Of a DNA stretch of 61,691 nt, positions 51,531 through 61,691 are shown piece by piece. This DNA comes from Fonticula alba ATCC 38817. Lineage: Eukaryota > Protista > Nucleariida. The stretch lies in NCBI GenBank assembly GCA_000388065.2, contig KB932202.1; one strand, 5' to 3'. A program made the translations under genes and the position numbers. The notes beneath the pieces were generated by a model. It saw nothing but the letters and a program-made list of their open reading frames with translations. It was not told the DNA's origin and made no database searches. Each line of letters starts with the position of its first letter. Position 1 is the stretch's first letter.

Positions 51531-52750
51531 TCACTCGTCGGTCTTGCGCTTCTTGCGCACGACACTCTGAATGTCGGAGATCGGGGCATCCGGCGAGACC
51601 CCGGGGAAGGGATTGCGCTTGGCACCGGCACCGGAGGCCGGCTGGCCGGGCGCGCTGGCGCCAGCTGCCCGGGAGGACCCGAGCCCGAAACCGGCCGCCA
51701 CATCGGAGAAGGCCTCCGACGCGACGCGCTTCATGTTGCCGTACTCCGCCTCCAGGGCGTCCACTTCGCGGCGCTTGGCCTGCATGAGGGTGATCAGGTC
51801 GGCCAGGTCGCTGGAGGCGGTGGTCGCCGTGTTGGCCGACGTCCGCAGCGTGGCGATGGCCTCGTCCAGGCACCGCCGCGCGCCGCGGAAGTCGTTGGTG
51901 AGCAGGTGCGCGCGCAGCCGGTTGAAGTCCGTGTTGGCGGCATCCAAATGGCGGGACCGAGGGGAGGGGGGAGGGGCAGGAGAGAGAGAGAGAGAGAGAG
52001 AGTGGGGGGGGGAAACAGGGGAGGAGGATGCGAGTCAAGGAAGCACACCGTGGATTGAGAGGAGAGGGGGCAAGCGTCAAAGCGGAGGGAGTGGCGCGAG
52101 AGGCACAGGCAAAAAGGGGCCCGGAGAGGGGCACAGAAAGCAGAGGCACAGAAAGGATATAGTTCGGCGAAGCGGCGCGCGTGCTCCGGGTTGTCGCGGT
52201 CAAGGAAGGACGCGCTTTTGTCGAATTCCGCGAGGGCAAGCTCGGCGTTGGCCGCTGCACCAGGCAGCGGCCGGGCGCACGGGCACAGCAGGTGAGCATG
52301 GAGCAGGCAGCGCGGGCAGGGCCGGCAGGCCCTCAAAAAAGCAGGTGGGGCAAGGGGCAGAGCCGCCAGGGCACGCACAGTCATCAATGTAGATCTGCCC
52401 CAGGTAGTTGTGGACGCGCGCAAGGCCCAGGCGGTTGGAAGTGCTCTCGAAATGAAGGCGGGCAATCTCAAACATCTCCCAGGCCTCGTCGAAGTCGTCC
52501 AGTGTCTCGGGGTCCGCCTCGTCGGCGGCCTCGTCCGAGTTACCGGTGGCGGCGGCGGCCGGCTTGGCGGCCGGCTTGGCGGCGGCGGTGCTGGCGGTAG
52601 CCCCGGAGGACGACGCCTGGAAGGGGTCCACGCTGCGCACGGCCCCCTCGAACAGGGCCACACCGTAGGTGAAGTGGTCGTTGGCAAAGTCGTCATCCAT
52701 CTCCATGGCGAGGCTGGACCTGTGGCCCGGGGACATGGCGAGGATGGGCG

Positions 52751-52812
<62 letters not shown>

Positions 52813-53520
52813 CGTCAAAGAGAAGAGGGGGTCAGAGATGGGCGTCTTTGGGCCACACGCGCGCATGGCGTTGCCCCGTGGCGCCTGTCGCCCGCTCACA
52901 CATGCATGCATGGACACATGGCGAGACCGACGCCGGGTGTGCATGGCCCCCCCCCACCAAAGTCCACACATACCGGAGGGTCAGCACGTCGGAGGCCAGG
53001 CGCTTGAAGAGCTCCGAGCTCTCCAGCGAATCGTCGTCATTTTGCGTGAAGGATTTGATCGACTTGCGGACCGTGTCGATGACGGCCAGGCGCTCGATAT
53101 CTGCAGCGCACCGGGGGGGGGGGGGGGGGGCGTTTCGGGGGTAAGAGCAAGAGGGGGGTGAGTGGCGAGCCATTCATCCATGCGAGACCACCTCCAGGGA
53201 GGAGAAGGCGAGCGAGCAGAAGGGGAGAGGCAGAGAGCGATCCACCCGCCCACATGGCCTGGACTGGGTGGCCGGAGACGGGGAAAAAAAAACAACAACC
53301 GAGGACGGGGCGCACCGTTGTTGCAGCCGGCAAAATACCGCTCGAGGACCTGCTCGGCATCCTCCTCGATGACGTCCGGGTCGGAGTCCTCATCGCCAGC
53401 GGGCGCCGCGCCGTCGGCGTCGCTGCCGCTGTCGTCCTCGCTGTCGACCACTGAAAAGACGAACTGCTGCTCGGCGGGGGCATCCTGCCCGGTAGACTGG
53501 TCATCGGTGTCCTTGGACAT
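51531..53520 (-). CDS. NASP: NASP/Sim3/Hif1-family SHNi-TPR histone chaperone
   Basis: DHFTYGVALFE, DDFDEAWEMFEIARLHF, LARVHNYLGQIYID, RRFAEL and C-terminal ISDIQSVVRKKRK. Exons 53520-53316, 53100-52974, 52719-52379, 52254-52161, 51930-51531. The last intron is AT-AC. Confidence 0.9.
51931..52160 (-). other. U12-type (minor spliceosome) AT-AC intron, 230 nt, phase 2
   Basis: 5' end ATATCCTTTC, 3' end CCAACAC. No AG dinucleotide occurs inside. TTCCTTGAC lies at 52042-52034. Splicing gives RRFAEL-DFNRLRAHLLTNDFRGARRCLDEAI in frame. Confidence 0.85.
52752..52812. repeat. About 60-nt G homopolymer (poly-C on the NASP transcript) in NASP intron 2
   Basis: Directly visible run of G. Confidence 0.9.
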
Positions 53521-54136
53521 GGTGAAGGCGACGGGCGAGAGGGAAGGCTGCTCCTGGGAGAAAGAGAGGGAGAGAGAGAAAACAGGCGCGTATGAAGAGG
53601 CGGGGCGGAGGAGGAGGAGGAGAAGGATGGTGGGTGGTATATCTCCCCGGAGCCACGGTGGCACCCGGCCAGGCGCGCGGTCTGAAGAAGAGCACGAGAG
53701 AGTGGGAGAAAAAAACGGATCTAGCGGGGGGAGATGATGGGCCGGCCGCCGGCCAGGCAAGGGCGGTGGGAGATCGGGCGCGAGGGCAGATCGGGCGCAC
53801 CCCGGGCGTGACTTCCGGGTCACCCTCGCATAGGGCGAATGTCAATCACATGCTCTTCGCCGTTGGATTTAAACTCCCCCGCTGGCATCCCGCGATCTGC
53901 CTGCTCTTTGCGGCGGGCAGTGCGCCCCCTGCCCATGCCGAGTGGCGGACGGGAGCAGGCGCGGGTCGACGAGTGGCGCCTGTCGCCCTCGGAAAGATGA
54001 TGCATTCTCGGCGCCCTTTCGCCCCGCCCTCGCACGTCTGCCACTCCGGAGGAGCCCCGCCACACGCGCAGTAGATCTGGCCCCAGGGCGGGCCATGCCG
54101 GTCGGGGCGGGTGGCCATCTCGCTTCCTTCCCCTCT

Positions 54137-54168
<32 letters not shown>

Positions 54169-54233
54169 CCTCGCCGCCCCTCCCCCCGCCGTCCCTCCCT
54201 TCGCCGCCCCTGCCCCGCGCCCACAAGTACACG

Positions 54234-54300
54234 ATGGAAGTCGACTCGCCCAGCCCCCCCCGCCAGGACAGCCACCTCCCATGGTCCGACCTCTTTTGCC

Positions 54301-54332
<32 letters not shown>

Positions 54333-55115
54333 CGCCGCCGCTTCATCCTTTCCCCGCCCCATGTTCGCCATTCGCGCTGACATTTGTGGCCCGCCGGCCT
54401 GATCATGCTCAGGATCGAAAAATACCGTCCCTCCGGCCTGGAGGAGGTCGTGGCCCAGGAGCACATCGTCTCCACGCGTGCGTGCTTCGCCCTCCCTCTC
54501 TCCCCCTCCCTCTCTCCCCCGCTCCCCACTCTAAATGGACACCACCGCCCCGTCTGACCCCCCCTCGCCCCCTTTCCGACCCGCCAGTCAAGCGCTTCAT
54601 CAATCAGAAGCAGCTGCCTCACTTGCTTTTCTATGGACCCCCAGGCACGGGTAAGACCTCCACTGCTCTGGCCTGCTGCCGGGCTCTCTATGGCCCGACC
54701 TTCGGCAGCATGGTTCTCGAGGTGCGCTCTCCCTTCCGCCATCGCCCCCCACCCCCGCCCCCCCCCCCCCCCCCCCCCCCCCCCCGTCGGGCGAATATGC
54801 CCCCCGCCCCCGCAGGCGCTGACCCCTTTCGCGCATGCACACACCCTTCGCACAGCTAAATGCCTCGGACGAGCGCGGCATTGCCACCGTGCGCGATCGC
54901 ATTGTCTCCTTCGCGTCCACCTCCTCGGTGAGCTTCCGCTCGGCGACGGCCGACCGCGTCGGCTTCAAGATGGTCATCCTCGACGAGGCCGACGCCATGA
55001 CCAACATCGCCCAGGCGGCCCTTCGCCGGAGTGCGTTTCCCTTGGCCCGAGGGCCCGGCCTCTGTCCTTCTCTCCGCTGCCGCTGGCACCCGCCCGCCCG
55101 CCCCCCTCGGCCTCG

Positions 55116-55156
<41 letters not shown>

Positions 55157-56292
55157 ACCCCCCCCCCCCCCCCGCCTCCCCCCCCCCCCCCTCCTCTTCC
55201 CCTGCCCACTTTGTGTCGCCCCCAACTCCCCTTCCCCCCTGCCTCGCCCACCGATAAACCGAGCGCTTAGTTGCACACATGCCCATGCACATACACACGC
55301 ATCTGCCTGGAGGGGGGAAAACACGGGGTGCCCTTGGCAGGGCCTTCGGATAGGGAGCCGTAGTATTGCACGGCGCGTGTCGAACACATGCGTGCGCGCG
55401 CAGNNNNNNNNNNNNNNNNNNNNNNNNNNNNNNNNNNNCATGCCTCATGCAGCTAATGCCCCTCTCTCCCCCCCTCTTCCCTCCCGCGGGGCATGCCTTT
55501 GTGCGTGCAGTCATCGAGAAGTACACCAAGCATGTGCGCTTTGTGTTGATTTGCAACTATGCGGCGCGCCTGATCCCGGCGCTGCAGTCGCGCTGCACCC
55601 GGATGCGCTTCGGCCCCCTGGGCCTGGAGAAGGTCTCCGACCGGGTGAAGGAGATCGCCGCTCTGGAGAAGTGCGCCCCGGTTGCCATGCCCCTTTCGCC
55701 TCCCCCCCCCCCTCCCCCCTTGGCTCCTCGATGCAGGACTCCCCACTGACCCGATGGCCGGCCCGTGCCCAGTGTCCGCATGACCCCCTGCGGGTTGCAG
55801 GCCCTGCTGCGGCTGACCCATGGCGACATGCGCCGCGCCCTGAACATCCTCCAGGCGGCGCATGCGTCCGTGTCGGACGAGGCCGACCCCTCGACCAGCG
55901 GCGGCACCGACACCGGCGCCGTCAACGCCACGGCCATCTACCAAACCACCGGGCATCCGCACCCGGATGACGTGGAGCTGGCCTTCAAGTGGCTCCTCAA
56001 TGAGGACTATGTCGGGACCATCAGCCGTGCGTGCCTTGCTCCTTGCGCATCCTCCCCTCGCCCGCCCGTCGGCCCGCGGCCCTGCTCCTCCCCTCGCCTT
56101 TCTCCACACCAGCCACTGACCTCTGGACCTGGGTCGCCTGCCTGCCCGCGCCCGCCCCCCCGCCCGCCCGACAGGCTTGGAGGACCTCACCCGGAACAAG
56201 GGTATCGCGCTGCAGGACCTTGTCCGGGAAATCCACCCGCTGGTTCCGCTCGTACGTGCTTCTGCCGGTTGGGCGCGCGCACTCCCTCCCTG

Positions 56293-56338
<46 letters not shown>

Positions 56339-56684
56339 GCCCTTTCCTCGGTCTTTCCTGGCTGACCTCCCTCCGTGCACCTGCATCGCTGACGGGTTGC
56401 TCTTCCCTCACAGCTGGACATCCCCAAGGAGGCGCGCATCTTCCTGCTTGACCAGCTCTCGGAGCTTGAGTGCGTCTCCTCGCTGCCTGACTCGCTGCCA
56501 CGCCACATGCACATACGCCGTCCTGGAGGCTGACCCCCCGCCCCTCTCCCCCTCCCCCACGCCCTGCAGGTACTCACTGGCGCAGGGATGCAGCGAGCAC
56601 TTGCAGATCGGCTTCCTCGTTGGCTTCTTCCAGGAGTGCAGGCTGGTTATCTCTAGATTTGTGGCCCCGGCGGCTTCCTCGTAG
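54234..56684 (+). CDS. RFC5: Replication factor C small subunit (human RFC5 / yeast Rfc3)
   Basis: LPW|IEKYRP, Walker [19 protein letters not shown], Walker [18 protein letters not shown] and [11 protein letters not shown]. Exons 54234-54283, 54413-54477, 54588-54721, 54856-55030, 55511-55670, 55773-56026, 56175-56251, 56414-56469, 56570-56684. Confidence 0.95.
55255..55403. repeat. Copy 1 of a duplicated element (RFC5 intron 4); copy 2 at 56797-56945
   Basis: A 19-nt block and a 95-nt block are identical between copies at a constant offset of 1542, separated by a 35-nt unrelated core. Upstream flanks are also similar. Confidence 0.85.
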
Positions 56685-56796
56685 GTGGCGGCCTCCTGCG
56701 CTGTGGCTCCATGCCTCGCCCCCCCCCCCCCCCTCCCCTTCCCCTGCCCCCTTTGTGTCGCCCCCACCCCCCCCCCCCCCCTCCCTCCCCCCCCGC

Positions 56797-56945
56797 TAAA
56801 CCGAGCGCTTAGTTGGCACGTTAGGCAGTTTTCAGTTCAACTAATGCGACGGAGGGGGGAAAACACGGGGTGCCCTTGGCAGGGCCTTCGGATAGGGAGC
56901 CGTAGTATTGCACGGCGCGTGTCGAACACATGCGTGCGCGCGCAG
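56797..56945. repeat. Copy 2 of the duplicated element, between the RFC5 and lipase stop codons
   Basis: Matches 55255-55273 and 55309-55403. Contains the inverted repeat TTAGTTG (56809-56815) / CAACTAA (56838-56844). Confidence 0.85.
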
Positions 56946-57204
56946 GGCGGCACACAGGGGCACGGCTGGACAAAAGGACGGTGCGACGATGGCAAGGCAA
57001 CACTCGCACGCCCGTCAGCACGCGATACAAGGACATATGGGAGGCACACCCCCCGGGCGAGGGGCGAGATAGGGAACGGGAGGGGAGCAAGGGCGCAGGG
57101 CCAAGGGAGGTCATGCGCATGGCGCTTGCCCCCCGGGGGGGGGGGGGCAGGCAAGGGGAGGGGACCCACTCAGCCGGGCCCCGGGCGGCGCACAGGACGA
57201 GGGG

Positions 57205-60200
57205 TCAGATGCCAGCTGCCGGTGCACCGGTCGTCGACTGCCGAAGGGCGATCGCGCGCTCCAGCGACCGGACATAGTCGCACGGCAGGTGGTTGAAGCT
57301 CTCCGGCGTGGCGATGCGGATGAACGCCCGGAGCAGGGACTCCCGGTAGGACCAGGACATCTGCAGCGCCCGGAGGGTCTTCTTCATGATGTAGTACCCG
57401 GGCATGAGGATCTGCGGCAGAACCGGGATGAGCACATCAAACAGGAGCTTCCGCAGGACCTGGTACAGGGAGAAGCCCCGGTTGGCACCCTGCTGCCGGA
57501 GACGACGGAATCGCGACCGAGCGGCGTGCACCGCGCGCGAAGGGGGCGTCGGGCCCGGGGGGCCCGGGTCCGGGCCCGGGCCCGGGCCCGACCCGGCGGC
57601 ATCCTCGCTCGGCGGCGTCGGCGGGGGCGACGGGGGCGAGGCCGCGGCCACAGACGCACCGGTGGCGGCTGCCTTGCCCCCGCCCGGGCCGCCGGCACAA
57701 TGGCCACCGCTCCCATGATGTGTCTCACCATGCTCGCCATCATCGTCGTCGTCGTCGTCCTCCTCCTCCTCCTCCTCGAGGCGCAGCAGGCCGGACATGT
57801 TCATGACAATGCCGCGACTGACATGGCAGTATCCCTGGCCGTCGGACGACCGGCCGGAGAAGGTCCGGAAGAGGAAGTGCTGCTCGACCAAATTCCGCGT
57901 GACCAGCCAGTCCGGGATGACGGTCGGCACATTGGGGATGGCGTCGTTCTCATGGACAAAGCGCCACATCCGCGCCACCAGGTCGAAGGGCACCGCCTCG
58001 GCGAACTTGGTGTCCCCGACACGCGGGGCCCCATAGGTGTAGACCCCATCCGGCAGCCGGGCCCGGCCCCACGCCGACAGGGGAAAGATGTCCGCCTCGG
58101 GGGCGGGGGGGTGCTCGGGCTCGGCCGGCGGACTGGTGGCCCCGGCGTCCGTCCCGTCCAGCGCCGGGTCCAGGCAAAGGGACACCGAGAAGAGGGTGGC
58201 CAGCGCGGCGCCGAGGCTATGCCCGCAGATGAAGAGCCGATGCTGCCCGGGGCCAGCAGCGGGGGTGCCGGCCCGGCCCGGCCCGTGCCCCGGCGAGGCC
58301 AGCCCCTCGGCCTCGGCCGAGGTCTCGGGCGAGCAGGCCCCGGTGGTGGAGGCGGTGGTCGACGGAGCGGCCGGCCGGACAATGGCCCCGGACAGCGGGT
58401 CCACCGTCAGGGCCCCATGCTCCAGCAGCAGGGAGATCACCTCATGGTAGAGGGTGGCCGGCTCGTCGGAGGGGCCGCCGCCATGCGGGCCGCCGGGCCG
58501 GCCGCCGGCCCCGGGGCCAGAGCCGCCGCCTGCTTGGCCGCCCGCGCGGCCCCGGCCCGCGGCGCTGGCGGCACAGTGGTCCGGCTCGTCCGGCGTGCTG
58601 GCCGCCGATCGGAACAGCCGCCCGAGGAACCAGTGGATGCCGGCCGGAGCGACGTGGGCCCCGTGCTCCGGCGGCCGGGACAGAACCACCGCCGCGGCGG
58701 CCGCCAGCAATCGGACCAGCAGGCCGCCGGTGCCGGCGGCCAGGCGCAGCAGCAGCACCCCCAGTGCCAGGCCCACGCGCAGCGGCAGCAACAGGCCCAT
58801 GACCAGCCCCGGGAGCAGGCGCCGCCGGGAGGAGCCCCCACGTGCCGCGCCGGCGGCCCCGGCCGAGGAGGACATGGAGGACAGGCTGCTCGGGGACCGG
58901 CTTGGGCCGGGGCCGGGGCCGGGGCCGGGGCCGGGGCCGGGGCGTGCGCCGGCCATGCCGGCCGGCAGCCAGCGGCCAATGCGCCCAGCCGCCCAGCCGG
59001 CCACCAAGCGCCCGACACTGGCGGCCACAAACACCGGGCTAACCAGGATGTTGGCCAGGCTATTGAGCAGCAACGGCAGTGTCAGCCCGGACCCCGGGGG
59101 AGCCGGTGCCGGCACAATGGCCTCGCCCTCGGAAGCCGGCGCCGGGGGGGATGCCGCCGAGCGAGCCGACTCACGCGGCCCAGCCAGCCCGGGCCCGGCC
59201 GGCGGGCAGGCCGATGCGCCCGGGGTGCCGGCGCCGCCACGGGTGGCCAGGCGTCGCGCCCGCAGGCCCCCCCCAGCCCCGGTCACCGACAGATCATGCA
59301 CCGGGGCCAGGACAGCCTCGGGTGGCGAGGCGGCCGCATTCGGCCCGGCCAGATGCCCGGAGCGCGAGGCATCGGCATACCAGTCGTCGTCGGCCGGCGG
59401 CCCGGCATCGGCCGGGTGGCTCGGGCTGGCGGCGGCGCCCGGCAGCGGACGCCGCTCCAGAGCCGACTGCAAGATGCCGAGAGCCCGGCCAAAGCCATAG
59501 TGCACGTGCCCGAGCCCGGCCTGATAGAGGGCCTGCCGGCGCTCCGGACCGGGGGGCACCCCGGCAACCGCCGCGGCCTCGACGGTCGAGGCGTCCGGCG
59601 CCAATGGCCAGAAGGCAGGAGACGCGGCCGGCCCCGGGCCCGGGCCGAGGCCGGGCGAGAGGGCGCCGGATCCGGCGGCGCCGGCCCCGGCACCGGGAGT
59701 TTCCTCGGCCCCGGCGCCACCGGCCGGCCCATGGAGCGAGGGCTCGGCCGAAAGCGGCCCAGACGCATGGGACATGAGGTGCATGGAGCCGGACATGAAG
59801 AGCGATGCCTGGAGCGGCTCGAAGGACATGGCAATCAGGTCGCCGGCCGTGGACCCGGGCAGGACCACCCCGCCGGCCACCGTGCCAACCAGAGCCCCGG
59901 GCGACAGGACCGGCGCCAGGGCCATCGGCGAGGTGTCCGCCGGGGCGTCGGGGCGGCCGGCGGCAGCAGCCGCGGTGGCGGCCGCGGCGGCCACCGTCGA
60001 GACGAACCCCGGCGCCGCCGGGCCGGCATCCGTCCCCAGACGGAAGTGGCTGAGATTGCTCTGGATGTCGGCCAGAATGTGCCGCAAATCCAGGGGCTGG
60101 GTGCCGCCAAAGACCAGGAGTGTCACCATGCCCCCGGTGGCCAGGCGATCGGTGGCCACATACCCGCGGATGGCCTCGCGGCCGCCGACACTGAAGGGGT

Positions 60201-61296
60201 CCACCCGCTGGAAGCCGAAGCCCCCGGGGCCGGCCACGGCGGCCATGACCGTCGGCGACTCGTAGGCCAGCTTGGATGCCAGGGCCATGGCCAGCGAGCG
60301 CTCCGGGCCGCCGAAGTCCTCCTCGCCGGCCGGGTCGAAGCCCGGCCCGAGGAACTCCACGTCAAACCCCTCGAAGGAGGCGTCGCAGGCATTCACCAGG
60401 GACCAGGTGTGGAAGCGCGAGGAAGGTGGTCCGGAGCCGATCAACGGCACCAGGCGCAGCAGCAGCCGGGCGGCCACATCCAGCACCAGCACCAGGCGCG
60501 TGACCCCGAGGAAGGACGACCGCCAGCCATAGCGCAGGGCCACGCGCAGCCATCGCGGCAGGCGGTCCCACACTTGGAGAAAGCGCCCGAGCAGGGTGTC
60601 CGTCAGCACCAGCCCGATGAGGAAGAGCTCCCAGGCCAGGAAGCCCACCACGCAGGCGGCCGGCGCCAGGACAAACAACAGCGCCAGGGCCAGGCTCCCG
60701 AGGATCCACATGATGCGAAGGGCCAGCACCAGCAGGGCAAGCGCCCCGATCAGCCAGTCAGCCCAGTGGCCGGGCTGCCGCGATGCGAGAAGACCCGCGG
60801 GCGAGGCCCAGCCGAGGGTTGCCCGGGCGAAGGCCAGCACCAGGCGCGGCCAGGTGAGGAGGCTGCCGCCGAAGGTCGAGCCGGCTGCCGGGCCGGTGAA
60901 CAGGTGGAAAACCGCGTCAAACGGCCCGGCCGAGATGGAGTCGGCGACGGTCGGAGCCGGGGCGCCGGTGGCGGGGGCGAGCCGGAACCAGGACCGGAGA
61001 TCCGGGAATGAACGGGCCAGCCCCGACGCGCCGACGGGGGACAGGGAGGCCGGCGGCGAGGGCGAGGGCGAGGGCGAGGGCGAGCCCGAGGATGGGAGGA
61101 CCAGGGGAAGCCCAGAAAGCAGGTCCAGCACCCGGTCACAGGAGGAGAGCACCGGCTGGAAGACAAAGAGCCCGAGCCTTGACAGCAGGTGCAGCCCGGG
61201 TGGCAGGGGGATGAAGCGCGGGACGAAGAAGCGCAGCAGCGACTGAAAGAGGTGGAGCAGCGACTGGCCGGGGGAGGTGGTGGCAGTGGTGGTGGT

Positions 61297-61341
<45 letters not shown>

Positions 61342-61599
61342 ACTCGAGGCACTGAGGCAGATGTGCGACGCGGTGTGGGCGATCAGCGGGCGGACTGCCA
61401 GCCAGGCCGACCAGCAGGAGACCGAAAAGAAGAAGAAGCCGGCGAGGCAGCAGAAGCTGAGGAAGGCGCCCAGGCGAAACCAGCGCCAGAGCAGGGACCG
61501 CCAGCTCAGCTGGAAGGGGATCGGCAGGGGGGGAGGGAGGGCGGCGGGCCTGGGCCCTGCGCAGGTGTGAATGCGCAGGTCCGGGCCGGCGGAGAGCGC
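57205..61599 (-). CDS. Class-3 (Lipase_3) triacylglycerol lipase with hydrophobic N-terminal segments; 5' exon lies outside the window
   Basis: MALASKLAYES, LLVFGGTQP, HVHYGF, nucleophile elbow FICGHSLGAALA, VYTYGAPRVGD, RFVHENDAIPNVP, YCHV and C-terminal FNHLPCDY. The frame stays open upstream of the supplied ORF to an acceptor (ctgac..cacag) at 61600. Confidence 0.85.
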
Positions 61600-61691
61600 C
61601 TGTGGGCGCCGTCAGAGGAGCGAGGGGAGGAGGAAGATCGAGGCGAGCGGGCGGGCGGGGGAGGGGGGGCGCGCCATCTCCCTGGGCCAAG

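Noticed and set aside
53521-54233. MCB/E2F-like CGCG motifs in the NASP-RFC5 divergent region
   Set aside because: CGCG words are ubiquitous at this GC content, and no enrichment can be shown by eye.
61612-61677. In-frame ATG at 61677 as the lipase start
   Set aside because: An in-frame TGA within the ctgac branch motif follows it, so this region is intronic and the true start lies outside the window.

Overview
This is a GC-rich, intron-dense eukaryotic window with long poly-C/G and (CT)n tracts and 11 sizeable N gaps (plus a few 10-nt ones). Gene content (Rtt106 together with CYRI and ARID4) and base composition suggest an amoeboid holomycotan such as Fonticula; that assignment is inference. 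Most long ORFs in the supplied track are spurious, so I traced genes by hand through splice sites. I find 13 protein-coding genes: a 5'-truncated ubiquitin-like/PH/LD-like/3xLIM scaffold, a small hypothetical gene, mitochondrial LeuRS, SCCPDH, exocyst EXOC4/Sec8, a large RUN-like protein, a type-II membrane DxD protein, PAM18, RTT106, CYRI/FAM49, an ARID4-like protein, NASP, RFC5, plus a 5'-truncated class-3 lipase counted separately. I see no rRNA, tRNA, CRISPR array or transposase. The strongest finding is an AT-AC, U12-type (minor spliceosome) intron in NASP (52160-51931, minus strand). It starts ATATCCTTT, contains no AG, restores gap-free TPR homology, and its only perfect U12 branch motif lies 104 nt from the 3' end. 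Other notable points: the roughly 55 major-class donors I traced are all GTNYG with no +4A; the LeuRS editing site is degenerate; Rtt106 ends in a PIP-like box; the ARID4-like protein has an LxCxE motif; and a duplicated element with a swapped 35-nt core sits in and after RFC5.
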